Shown: positions 25,530-36,790 of the stretch, piece after piece
Layout of the letters: each line of letters opens with the position of its first letter
Numbering within the stretch: the first letter of the stretch is position 1
Source of the DNA: Vicugna vicugna
Taxonomy: Eukaryota
Length of the DNA: 64,000 nucleotides
Reading direction: 5' to 3'
Assembly (NCBI GenBank): GCA_013265495.1
Contig: MU058781.1
Location: 4,031,050-4,095,049, forward strand
Notes under the pieces: model-generated
What the model saw: the letters and a program-made list of their open reading frames with translations, nothing else
The model's database searches: none
Told to the model about the DNA's origin: nothing
Translations under genes and position numbers: made by a program

Positions 25530-25705
25530 AAGACAGAATTTTAGGGCTGGAAGGAATTTTAGAAAGATACCATCTTATTTTACTCCCTCACCGTACACGG
25601 AACTACTGAAGTCATTTGTCTGTAAGTTCACATCTAGTTACAGGCAGTGCTGGAATCAATGCTCAGTCTCCTAACATCGAAGCCAGAGATCTCTCCACTG
25701 CAATA
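25530..25705 (-). mobile_element. MIR/MIR3
   Basis: CAGAATTTTAGGGCTGGAAGGAATTTTAGAAA..TAAGTTCACATCTAGTTACAGGCAGTGCTGGAATCAA. Confidence 0.7.
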
Positions 25706-27059
25706 TTCACTCATTCCTCAAGAGGGATTTCCCAAGTAGTAATTATCACCTCAGGGAGCTGGAAGGGGGTTCATGTGATACATATGTGGTCAGCAAAATG
25801 CAGGGCAGTTTTCAAGCTGCTAAAAATAGATCGGAAAAGCAGTACCTCTTTATCTGCAAAACTGAATTTATTGGAGGAAGTGTAATTTACATCCACAATA
25901 CAGATCAAGATTAATCTAATATAAACAAGTAAAGGAGAATTAGCTCTTCCACTGTTATTCTTGAGAATGTGCATAGCTACTTCCTCTCTCTTGATAATGA
26001 ATGAGATTATTTTCTTTTGTTTCTGACAGCCCCAGTATTTCAAGGCAAAATGTGCAGTTTCTTGAGGCTGACATTTTTCAGCTGATTATTTTCAACTGAA
26101 TCCATTAAATACATGTTAATAATTTGTGTACTTAAAGAAATTATACTTGCCTCTCACGTACCTTTCTTTCTGGTCTTGGGATAACTCGATTAACCCAAGA
26201 GGTCCTAAGGGGCAGGAAGCCCTGGTGGACCCCACGAGACGGTGAGTTTCAAGCAGGGACTGTGTGTAATCCGTCTCTGAGTCATCATTGTCCCGCCTTG
26301 TATAAATTGCCATTTTTCGTTTTCAACATTGTGGGAACCCAAACATTCCCCGAGATCTTTGGCGACTCAGTGGGATCGTTCTATTCCAGGGAGTCCAAGT
26401 CTTGGTCACGAGGCAGGTGGAAGATCTAAGTAATGTTTCGTCTGATGCTTTGCAAGGTGTCCATGCTGGAGCAGTGACCTGGGGGTGGGGGAACCAAAAA
26501 CCAAACTGGGTCGCTCTGCTCCCCATCCTGGGGCGCCCAGCTTCCCGAGAAGGACGGTCTGCTTCTATGTCTTAGCTGGGCCCAGCTGCAAACACAGCAT
26601 TGTGTCGGCTGCATGGTTACCAGGAGACTGAGAAGCCAGGCCTGGTCCGTGGGGCGTGTGAGGGTAACTGACAGGAAGGTCTCCTCAGGCATCACTGGGC
26701 CTCCCTCGTCACCCCTACCTAGTTCACTTGCGGGCACCTGTAGCCTCACGGATTCTGAATGCTGGGGCACACTCACCAGTCAAAGGTCTCCTCAGTCTTC
26801 AGTCCTCAGAGGGCTGGGCACTGCTGTCCCTCCAAGTACCCCCCTCCCCCGGTGATTGTTTCCACTAGCTTCTGCTCCAGCAACCACTTCTGGGTGCCTC
26901 TCTAAAGATGAGAGAGCGGGAACCAACGCAGAGGTGATCCTTATTGGCAGCTCTGAGGAAGTCAAGGTGCAAGTCTGATATAAATTAAAAATGAGGTTTC
27001 CCTCCTTCCTGGGTGAACCCTAAGGCAGTTCAGCAACATGAAATTGTTGATGCCACTGG

Positions 27060-27440
27060 GGATCTGCGAGAAGACTAGGTTCAAATGCCAGAGTTGTCAC
27101 TTACTCACTGTGTGACCTTGGACAAGTTTCAAAACCTCTCTGAACCCAGTTTTCTTATCTGAAAAGTGGGGAAAATAATACATACATCATAGGGTTGTTA
27201 TGAGGAATAGCTGATTAAGAAGGCAAAGGGCTTGTCTCAGGAAACATGAATGATTATTATAGTTGAGCTTTGTGATATGGAATATGACCCAATTCAACCT
27301 CCCTCATCTTTCAGATAAACAAATGGAGGCTCAGAGATATGAGTTTGTGTTCTGATTGCCACACAGCTACAGATAATGAGACTTGAGATGAGCTCTTTGG
27401 CCTTGTGAAACTCAGTTCAGTGCTTTTCTACTTTGCGCTT
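27060..27440. mobile_element. MIR (+, about 27060-27260) followed by MIR (-, about 27290-27440)
   Basis: GGTTCAAATGCCAG..CACTTACTCACTGTGTGACCTTGGACAAGTT..CTCTCTGAACCCAGTTTTCTTATCTGAAAAGTGGGG, then TTTCAGATAAACAAATGGAGGCTCAGAGA. Confidence 0.85.
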
Positions 27441-29174
27441 GGAATCAAATTTGCAATACGCCTCCCCTAAACTTTGGAAAAAGAAAGTGAAAAAAAAAAA
27501 GATGTGTATTTTTTGATGTATTTCTGGCTGAATCTTGGTTTACTTGTTGCTTACAACTGTGGATGGTCCGCTCTCTGACACCCGATAATGTGAAAGTCTG
27601 TGCTCAGTAAATAATTGTTGATTAACTGAAGGAGGCTAACGCTGGATGGTCAGAGAGAAGTTAACATGAAACGCAATGCACTGTTTCCTCCAGAACAGAC
27701 AGTGAAGAATAGCAAGTCATGAAAGCTGATGTTTTTATTTATTTTATTTGTTTTTATTTATCTTATGTTTTGCTGTTCCAAGAACAAGGAGTTTTGGTTT
27801 TTTTTTAAATAAAGCCATTATAGTGAAAGTCAAACTTGAACTGATTTGTGTGCATTGTGAGATTAACCTAAAAGAATTGCCTGCAGACAGGATCGTGGGA
27901 TTAGAGGTCACAAAGAAGACGGATCATGTGCATCAGTTGGGTACCATATTGTTTACTGCTTGGAACAAAATCCCCTCCGCTCCCACTCATAAGCACAGCT
28001 TCAAACCAATTACTTGGGTCCAAAGTTTACTTCCGATTCCAGCCTTAACGGACTAGTGCTGAGCCCATCAAGTTTTATTGCAGTCAATACACCTCCCTTC
28101 CACCCCTTCCACAAGCAACCGGTCACAGCCATTTTCAACACAAAGCTGCTCAGGCCACCCTTTCTTCTTTTTATAGTCTGTTTCCAGACACTCGGTGACC
28201 CATAAAGTTAACTTATAACCAAGTCACAGCCATGACCAGAGCTGTTGTTCTTGTGTCCATCCCTGAAGTTCCCAAGCTTCCCAGGCAGGGCCTGTTGCCT
28301 TTTCCCAGGATGTGCACACTTGGAGGCAATGATGCATAACTGTCTGTCTCTTGTAGGGTCATTCCTTTTGGTCCAACCCCAGGTCCTGGGTCCTGAACCC
28401 AGACTGTTTCCTTGAAACATTCCCCAAACTCTGGGATTTTTTGGTTTGTCTTCATGGACGCCCATACTGCGTTCAGTGCCCAGCAGGACCTTTTATTGAT
28501 GGAGATGTGGCTCCCACTTGGGGAGTTGAGGTCAAGGCATGCTGTGAACTCCAACCACCTGTGCAAACACAACAGTCGTTCAGTGGATATTTGTAGCTTG
28601 ATGTCCTGGTGATGTCATTTACAACCTAATTTGTCTTCTTCCCCTCCCCTTCCTCTCCAAATAGGGTGAGTATATATACAGGAGAGAGTGCGCTGGAGCA
28701 ACTTGGCCTCTAGGCAGGGTGGAATTTCAGAGAGTTATTTAATTTAGAGGAACTCATGAGGACATGGAATCCAGAAATGATCATGTGCAATCCTATGATT
28801 ACTAAGCCCCCCAACCTCTTAATGTTATTGATTTGGATAGGTTTCTAAGTTTCCTCAACTTGAGCAAGATTGGGGAGCTGGTTAAAGGCAAGGCCAGGGT
28901 TAGAACACACGTCTCACTCCCAGTTTGGTGCTTTCCTCATTACTGCATACTATGTTCCATCAAAGTTTAATTGCATTTTGTGATGGAAAGATTGGCTTTG
29001 CAAATACAAAGAGAGGAATGCAATGTACTTTGGTTTTAGTAAAGTCACCCACACATATTAATAAATGAAGGAAGAAAACAGGGGTTAAATCTTATCATAG
29101 AAACACACAATATTAGAACATTCTGATTTATAGACTTTTAGGGCTGGAAGACACCTTAAACATAATCATCCAGG

Positions 29175-29392
29175 AGAGGGGTTCCAAACTGTGCTCCGTG
29201 CACCCCTAGGATCCCACACAGGTGCCTCAAGGGCCTTCTGAGGTTGGGGAAGAGATGTGTGGGACTCTGAGCCTTCTCTTTCAGGACCACTAGAGCAAGC
29301 CTGTTGTCACCTCTTTTCTCTGTTGAGGTTTTAGATTAGATTTATATCTTAAAAAGGGAATCCACTTCTAAAGAAAGTATGCCAACCTTCAG
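29175..29392. mobile_element. MER102-like hAT DNA transposon nested in an antisense MIR (about 29130-29610)
   Basis: GGGGTTCCAAACTGTGCTCCGTGCACCCCTAGGATCCCACACAGGTGCCTCAAGGGCC..AAAAAGGGAATCCACTTCTAAAGAAAGT. The flanks GGGCTGGAAGACACCTTAAACATAATC and TCTAGTTCAAACCCCTCAATTTACAGATGAGAAAACC join into MIR. Confidence 0.65.
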
Positions 29393-31144
29393 TCTAGTTC
29401 AAACCCCTCAATTTACAGATGAGAAAACCAAGCCCTCGAGTCTTGACCCTCTGGAGTTGCAAAGCAAGCATCACCCCATTCTAGGGATGAGGGAACCAAG
29501 ATTCAGAGCTTAAGATATTCGTAGAAAGATATGGATTTCATCAAGTGGCAGAACCAGGGCTGGAACCAGGTATTTGGTTTTTTTATTCCTAGCCCTTGAA
29601 TTTTCCAATCACATCATATTATTTAATAATATTAAATATGTGGTGACCTTACTGTTCCACAATCAAAGAAGTTGCCCCAAAGAATGTAGGACTGAATCGG
29701 AGGAATTTGAGGGAGCAGAATAAGAGAGAGCAGCAATCAGCCAGTGTGGGGCAGCTGACTTACTCCTGGCCAATGGAAAAAGGTGCATCCATTCTTCCTT
29801 TCCTCATGAGTTTGTTTCATTATGCAATTTCCCTGCTGCAATGCTATATCCCCAGTACCTAAACAAAGACCTGGCACTTAGAACTCAACAAATATTCATT
29901 GAATCCTCAAGACACCTTCAAAACCTTTTCCTGGTCAAGGACTCAAGTAGAAAACATTGAAATATTAAAAACTACATCAAATTTGCATAAATATAGCCAT
30001 CAAGTACAGTAGATTTATTTCTACACGAACTAAGTGCACAAGGCCTGTTCACATAGTGAATCAATGAACTCAGCTAGCAGAGTTGGGATAAAAGAAGAAA
30101 ATCATGACTCAGAGTGGATCACCTTCTCAGAGCCACCCTGGCAAATCCCCAGGGTGCCTGGGCACCAGGCAAGGTTCCCAGTGGCAGCTGGCACCACGGA
30201 TCTGTGTTCCTAACAGAGGGAAGTGCACATCCTGCCCATAAGCTGCTGGGCAGATGTTCAACTGCCCTCTGGGGTAGCCTGACCCTGAATGAGCTTAAAT
30301 AGAAGCAAATAAAACATGGGATCAGAAAGTTCTTATATCTTACCCCGAGTGGTTAGCATTTGTAGCAGGTTATTAAAGAGTACTGTACAACATCTTTCCC
30401 TAGGTTACTTTAAGAACAGGACTGGCTAGATCCTGCAGGTTTTGAGATATTTTTGTCTCTATCATAACACCTTACAACAGTTTTGCAGTTTATAGTCTTT
30501 CAAAGTGCCTTGAGGCAGGGCAATGGATTAGATGCCCTTCTGAGGCCATCTATGCCCTGAATTTGTTTCAGAGGAAGAAAACATGAGGTGAACTCCCAAA
30601 CAAAAAATTAGTAAAAGAGCTTCTGGGAGGACATTATAAGGCACTGTGAGAGACACACAAAGAGATGCCCTATTAGCCAGATCAACTGTGTGCCCGACCA
30701 TGAAACCAGAAGAGTGGGACTCTGACGGAAACCATGCTTGTCTCTGTTGGTCCTGGTTCCGCCCGTGTCCCGGAATACACCAATGACATTTTGTGTTGTG
30801 GTCTTCTCTGCGTTCAGGGGTGGGCTGCTTTATGTCAACATGGTGAGATTACCGTAAAAGTCATTAGATGTCCTTTTGGATGTGGCTTTTCCATTTACAA
30901 TAATTAAAACCAAAGACTAAGCTGACTTTTCCTTTTGACCCAATTCCTGACTATCCTCTGCCTGGGCCTCTTGGGGCAAAGCCTTGGTCTCCGTGAGGGG
31001 CTAACGATTGTGCATGTCTTCCCTACCTGATACTGGCAGAACAGGCCACTGCCAGGAACTTCATTATTCCTTTTGTTTTAATCCCCTTATGTGCATCCAA
31101 GTGGCAGTTGCAGCCCCTAGGCTTTGGCACCGCAACAAGTGGCT

Positions 31145-32290
31145 AGTGCCCGCGGCGGGGGGGGGGGGTGCTGGGGGACACCCGGGCTAGGGCTCCCGGC
31201 AGGGCTCCCGCTGCTCTTTCTCCACTTCCCATCCCGCTGCCGCCCACAGCCCCCCAGGGTCACTGCTTTGGGGCGTGCGAGTGGAAAAGTCCTATTTTAA
31301 AGCTCTCTGCTATTTTAAATCTCTTGCCCGCCCCTCCACAGCCCGGGGCTCCCCGCCCGAAAGGCGCACCCATTTAGGGAGCCTTCTTCCCGATCGGATT
31401 CAGCCCGGGGCGCAGGGATGCCTCCGCTCCCTGCCCCGCCTCTCCCGCGGACGGCGAGCGCACGCACCATCTGACTCGCGCTCCCATTGGTTGCTGCCTG
31501 TTGCTAACCCACGTGACCGGAGCCGGAGCGCCCCGCCCCCGGCCCCGCCCCCTTGGGCTCCAGAGGCTCCCGCTCGGCGGCGGGGTCCTGCGGGCGGCGC
31601 CGGCCGCGCGGGGCCCCGGCCCTCGGCCGCCCGCCCCGCCGACTGCAGCCTCGGCGCGGCGCCCGGCGGCCGGTGCCCACAAGGTGGCAGTGCCGCGCTG
31701 CTGGTGCCCTGCCGGGGTCCGCGCGAGCCGCACCGGGCGGCTGGGGCCAGCGCATCCCTCCCGCAAAAGTTTAACGAACGCTGGCACCCCCGGGCCTCGG
31801 GCGCTGTGGGCTGCACCTCCGGTTCCTGTGGGAGGTTTGCGCCTCATGGTCCCGGCGACGTCTCTCTTTGTCCCCAACTCAGAGAATCAGGATTTGGGGC
31901 GTGTAATTGAAGCAGGTATGCTGGTGATTTCAGGAGTGTTTTATTTATTTTCTGTTTTAGGGCCCTTATACTGAGAACTGATTCTGAAGGAGACCTGCAG
32001 ACACTTCGACAATTCTTCTTTGTCTCTTTTTGAGAGCCTCTCCCACCAGAAGAAGCAGTCTGCAGCCTCCCTTTTTTTGGGCAAAAGACTTAAACCTCCA
32101 CCTTTTCCGAGAGTCCTGGGATCCTGACCTGCTTACGAGGAGGTGGATCCGGGGAGCCTCCCGCCCCGCCGCTGTCCCGGGATGCCCTCAGTCTCAGGCG
32201 CACAGAGAGATAAGCTCCTCTGACCTCATTTGACCTCGCTGCAGGCGCCAGGCGTCCTCATTTAGTGTACGGGCTGGAGGGTCGGCTTTT
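31145..32290. promoter_or_regulatory. CpG-island promoter (gene not identified)
   Basis: Very high GC and CpG density at 31150-31870. ATTGG at 31486-31490, CACGTG at 31510-31515, GC boxes at 31531-31551, CTATTTTAAA at 31292 and 31310. Confidence 0.9.
31674..31692 (+). promoter_or_regulatory. CTCF-like motif
   Basis: TGCCCACAAGGTGGCAGTG compared with the CTCF core CCAC(C)AG(G/A)(G/T)GGC(A/G). Confidence 0.6.
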
Positions 32291-32384
32291 CTCTCTGCTC
32301 ACTGGACTTTTTATTTGTTTTTCTTTCTTCACTTTTCTCTTTGGCTTGTGGCTGGTCTCGTGTCCCCTGCTGCAGGCTAACCCC

Positions 32385-32386
<2 letters not shown>

Positions 32387-32430
<44 letters not shown>

Positions 32431-32438
32431 GCACACGC
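32387..32438. repeat. (AC)20 microsatellite with GCAC tail
   Basis: Read directly. Confidence 0.98.
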
Positions 32439-33542
32439 TTGGCACTCGCCTTTTTGATTTTAAATAAAAAATCAGGCCCACCTAACTCCCAGAAAGAGAG
32501 CGGTCAGAGGGTGTTCTGCATGGGAAAAAGCAGAGAGAAGTCCTCCTTGGCTTCCCATTGTCTATACCATGAAGCCCAAATTCCATCCCCTCTGGTAGTC
32601 AAGCTCTTCCCTTGGGCCACTTAAGCTGCCTTGCAGGGAATTTCCCACAATGCTCCCAGTCTGCTGCAACCTAGCATTCACCCACCCTTGGCAGGACGAT
32701 AGAGGGGGACTCCTGTTCACACATGCTGGACTTTCCACTGAGACTGGTGTTTCACACACCAACCTAATAGCTGCCCACTTTCTGCAGCGAGGTGCAGACC
32801 ATCACTGTGGGATTGCTGGAGAGTCAGTGCCATCCCTTACCTCCAGGCTGTGTGATGGGAGCAGAAGGAAGGGCCCAGGAAAGGCCAGCAGGGGACTTTT
32901 TTTAATGAAAGTGTGCACCTCTTGTGCTTTCCCACCGATGTTAAAATAAGTGAGGAGGGCTCCAGAGAACCACCTGGAGAACTTTACAGGTGTGTTCTGG
33001 AGTTTGGACTGATGTGACCTCAGAGTAGAGAGAAGTGTTTACAGTGGCAAGAGACGGAGGTATTTGGAACAGCCTCTACTTCCAGAAGCTGGCAGGGCAC
33101 ACATGCACTAACTAGTCTTCCTGTTGGCAGAGTGGACCTGCTTCCCCAGGCACGGGTGAGCAGTACAAACAAGGACCTGTGGGGGAAGAAACTGCCAGCA
33201 GAGGCTGCCCATGAAAGGGGACCTCCAACCATGGGGGAGGGGGTATCAGAATAACCCAAAGAAGTACCCCACAAGAGAAAGAGCAGGCATTTATATATTG
33301 GCCACCAACCCCTAATTACAACTGAGCCCTCCTTGAAAAACTTTGTTCCTTGGGCCCTGCGTGACCTGAGCCACCAGCCAGTGAATGGAGAAGGCAGAGG
33401 GTCCAAGAAGAAGAAACAATACAGACCATGTCCCCTTCCCCACCACGAGTTCCCGAACCTGGGCCTGCCTCCAGTTGTTGGTGGAAGGCGAGAAACAGTG
33501 ATTGAAATGAGAGGTCAGGTTTTTTATTTGATTGGACTACAC

Positions 33543-33618
33543 CTCTTTTCTTCTTTCTTTAAATTGAGTATAGTCAGTTACCATGTGTCAGTTTCTGGTA
33601 TTGTCCCAGTCATGCATA
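33543..33618 (-). mobile_element. About 75-bp L1 3' tip
   Basis: The reverse complement (CCAGAAACTGACACATGGTAACTGACTATACTCAATTTAAAGAAAG) resembles the L1 3' UTR end at about 820-870. It is flanked by the direct repeat TGGACTACAC at 33533-33542 and 33619-33628. Confidence 0.75.
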
Positions 33619-33759
33619 TGGACTACACTTTTTAATATCTAAAAAATGAGGCAATTCATGAATCCCTTTGACTGACCAGGAAAGACAGTCAATGAGATTT
33701 CAGAAACTCCTAATACTGACAAAAGCAAACATTTCCATCATATTTAGTGTTGAACCTGT

Positions 33760-33950
33760 ATTAACTCATTTAATCCTCAGCAGCAGCCTTGAGAGAGCAG
33801 TAGTCTTATTATTCCCATTTCGTAGATGAGGAGGCTGAGGTCCAGAGAGGTGAAATAAATAGTGCGAGGTCCACAGCTAGTCAGTGGCAAAGCCAGGATT
33901 TGAATCCAGACTTCAGAGTCTAGGTGTGGAACTCAAGTGCTTCTCCGTCT
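33760..33950 (-). mobile_element. MIR
   Basis: TATTAACTCATTTAATCCTCA..TATTATTCCCATTTCGTAGATGAGGAGGCTGAGGTCCAGAGAGGTGAAATAA..GCCAGGATTTGAATCCAG. Confidence 0.9.
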
Positions 33951-34329
33951 CCGAATCTTTATTTCTATTCTTAACCAAACCTCACCAGACTTCAGGGCTC
34001 AACTCTAACTGTTCCTGCCTAAGAACTTCCCTTGACTGTACCACTGAGGGGGCTTCCTTGATCTGTCATATTTTCAGGAGTCCGGTCATGGCTGTGGAGT
34101 GGCCATCGCTGTGAACAGTGGGGGCGTCTTCTGAGGAATGGCCTTCAGAATGCAAGTCACATCTGCTAATACCTTCAGTGCTGACGGCTGCTCTTGAAGG
34201 TGGACATGATGTTTGGAACCATCCAGAAGTCATCTGGACTCCAGTGAAGAAGTCAGCGATCAAGGTAAGAGAAACCATTTTTAGAAAAAGGAAATAGAAT
34301 ACACTCTAACTGAATAAGGTTGGGTTTCT

Positions 34330-34460
34330 TCTGTGGCTTGAAAATTGGATCTAAATGTAATTCCAAAAGAGAAAAGTCCCCCACAGGGTGAGTCCTGGCA
34401 ACCTTATTGGAGAGCATGTACTCCAAGGGATATACTCAAGGGATAAAATGCTTTTGGAAG
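34330..34460 (+). mobile_element. Possible MARNA-like Tc1/mariner remnant
   Basis: AATTCCAAAAGAGAAAAGTCCC..TGGCAACCTTATTGG..CTCCAAGGGATATACTCAAGGG loosely resembles the MARNA 3' region. Confidence 0.35.
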
Positions 34461-34949
34461 TCTACAGTGTTTTTCTAAATATGTATATTTTTTCTAATCA
34501 CCTTTATATTTCACCTGTATATTCACCTTTCACTTCTATTCTTTCTGTGCAACTAGATTTATGAAATGTAAAGAAAATGACTATATCTTTTGCTTGATAG
34601 TAAGTACTGAATGAGTATGCTAGGCTGGCAAGGGGTCTTGTATGTTGGGGATACTTTCTATTTGAGTAAAATTAACAGGGGAATCCCAGCCTGCAGGTGA
34701 GTGGGGCGAAGGTTGAAGGAAAATGATGAGCAGAGAAACAGGAGAAGGACTTGGCCTCCGTGAATAGAGCCGTGAATAGAGCGTCTCATGGGGGCAGAGT
34801 TTATTTAGTGGAATCGTGGGAGGTATAATTATAAAGGGATGTTTTATGGGAAGATTAGATCTTTATTTCTAGACCAGGAGTTTCTAATTTTTTATTGGAG
34901 ATTTTCCTCTGCTCCCGCCTCTAAAAGCACCCCAAACAGAAATGCAATA

Positions 34950-35451
34950 CAAGCAGACCTGTTTTTCTCATTCTTGACTTCATTGTACTTTGCTGATATT
35001 GTGGTGTTTTTTCTTTGTTTGTTTGTTTGTTTGTTTTTTTTACAAATTAAAAGTTTGTAGCAATCCTATCCACACCATTTTTCCAACAGCATTTGCTCAC
35101 TCAATGTATCTGTGTCATTTCTGGTAATTTTTGCAATATTTCAAACTTTATCATTATTACTATATTTGTTATGGTGATCGGTGATTTTTTTGACACTGCT
35201 GTTGCAAAAACTTATGCTCACTGAAGGCTCAGATAATGATTAGTATTTTTTAGCAGTAAAGTATGTTTAAATTAAGGTATGTGCATTGTTTTTTTTTAGG
35301 CATACTGCTGTTGCACACTTAATAGGCTACAGTAGTGTAAACATAACTTTTATAGGTACTGGAAAACCACAGAATTCCTGTGACTCACTTTATTGCAATA
35401 TTCGCTTTATTGCAGTGATCTGGAACCCACAGCATCTCCAAGGTCTGCCTG
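34950..35451 (+). mobile_element. Internally deleted Tigger1 (Tigger1a-like MITE)
   Basis: TA|CAAGCAGACCT ... AGGTCTGCCTG|TA gives TIRs and a TA TSD. The Tigger1 5' arm (CCATTTTTCCAACAGCATTTGCTCAC) is fused to the 3' arm (CTGAAGGCTCAGAT..TTCGCTTTATTGCAGTGATCTGGAACC). Confidence 0.93.
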
Positions 35452-35489
35452 TAGGTAGAACAGATAAAAGTAACAGGTCTCTGGCTAAA

Positions 35490-36322
35490 GTTGTGGGGGC
35501 AGGGGCCTACGACTGGCTCCCTCATTGTGGTCCCTTGTACACACACCCCTAGCTTCCTGACAGTCCAGGTCTGCTCCTCACAACTTCACATCTCTCCTCT
35601 TTCCCAGGAGTCTTTGGGACCAGTCCCTGTGGCATACCCTGCCCAATAGGCATTCTCCTTTTTCCTTGCTGTTGGAACCCAAGTTTAATCTGGGCAGCCA
35701 TGGACTCAGGGACACAGATGAATCATGATTGGTCCAAGACAGGGATTGGCCAAATCTAACTGCTGGCTCTCTTGCTAAAATTTTATTGGGGCACAGACAC
35801 TCATTTGTCTCCCTCTTGTCTGTAGACACTTTCATGCTACAACAGTAGCGTTGACTAGTTGTGGCAGAGACTGCATAGTTTGCCAAGACTAAATAATTTA
35901 CTATCTGGCCCTTTATGGAAAAAGTTTGCGGGCAGCCATGGCAATCCTATTTTTCTTTGCCAGACATGTGCAGACATGTAATCATTTTTGACCAAGGGTA
36001 TGTAACGTAAAGCCTCCTGGAAGCCATTGAAAACCATTTTCCTTCCTGATAAGAGAGAGTAATATGAAGAGAGCGTTATTATTGTCATTCTCTCTTCCAT
36101 TCTATCACGTGAATATGTGATGTCTGGAGTTGTGGCAGCCATGTTGTGAGCATGAAAAGTAATAGATGAGCCTGATTCCCTGATGGTATCATTATGTCAC
36201 CAAACCTACCTTAGGACCATCTACTTTCAAACTTCCTGTTGAATAGACAATAAAAATCCCTATGGTTTAAGCAACTCTTCACTGGATTTTTGTTACTTGC
36301 CACTAAATCTAGAATAACTAGC
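35490..36322 (+). mobile_element. Old MLT1-type LTR interrupted by MER58A
   Basis: TGTGATGTCTGGAGTTGTGGCAGCCATGTTGTGAGCATGA..CTACTTTCAAACTTCCTGTT..TGGTTTAAGCAACT..TTTTGTTACTTGC. Confidence 0.7.
35740..35935. mobile_element. MER58A-like hAT DNA transposon
   Basis: TAAAATTTTATTGGGGCACAG..CTTTCATGCTACAACAGTAGCGTTGACTAGTTGTGGCAGAGAC..ATTTACTATCTGGCCCTTTATGGAAAAAGTTTGC. Confidence 0.88.
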
Positions 36323-36409
36323 ATATTTTATTTAAAGCCTAACAGCCAAAGGCAGAGTGTTCTTGTGGAAGTTGTACAATGGAGTGAAATATAGCAAATC
36401 TAGTGGATA

Positions 36410-36790
36410 CTAATAATGGTAGCTAATAATTATTGAAAATTTCCAGCACACTCTACCAAGTACTTTACCTTCGTTTTCTCATTATCACAAACCCTATGGA
36501 GACACTTTTATTATTATCTCCATTTTACAGATATGGAAAGTGATAGCTTAGAAAAATTTAGTGATTTGCTCAAAGTCACACAGTTAAGTGGCAGAGTTCA
36601 GACCTACACCCAGGTCTGCAGACTTCAAAGGCCAAGCTCTCAACCATGGTTTTACACTACCATGTCTACTGACAGACCTATGTTCAAATTCCAGCTCAGC
36701 CACTTGGCAGGCAAGTTACTTAATCTTCTCGAGCCTCAGTTTCTCCATAATAATGTGGGGATGATGCCTGCCACAGTGCTTGAGACATGA
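36410..36790. mobile_element. Head-to-head MIR pair (- about 36410-36665; + about 36670-36790)
   Basis: TATTATCTCCATTTTACAGATATGGAAAGTGA..CTCAAAGTCACACAGTTAAGTGGCAGAG, then GGCAAGTTACTTAATCTTCTCGAGCCTCAGTTTCTCCAT. Confidence 0.85.

Noticed and set aside
31486..31515. ER-stress element (ERSE or ERSE-II)
   Set aside because: ATTGG and CCACG are 18 bp apart, matching neither CCAAT-N9-CCACG nor ATTGG-N-CCACG.
31275..31974. Overlapping 138-211 aa ORFs on both strands
   Set aside because: They are Pro/Ala/Arg/Gly-rich with no recognisable domain, as expected from stop-codon scarcity in a CpG island.
18750..32290. Naming the locus, for example FGF1-like multiple promoters suggested by the spacing of about 11-12 kb
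   Set aside because: No exon sequence I recognise is present, so no gene symbol can be supported without a search.
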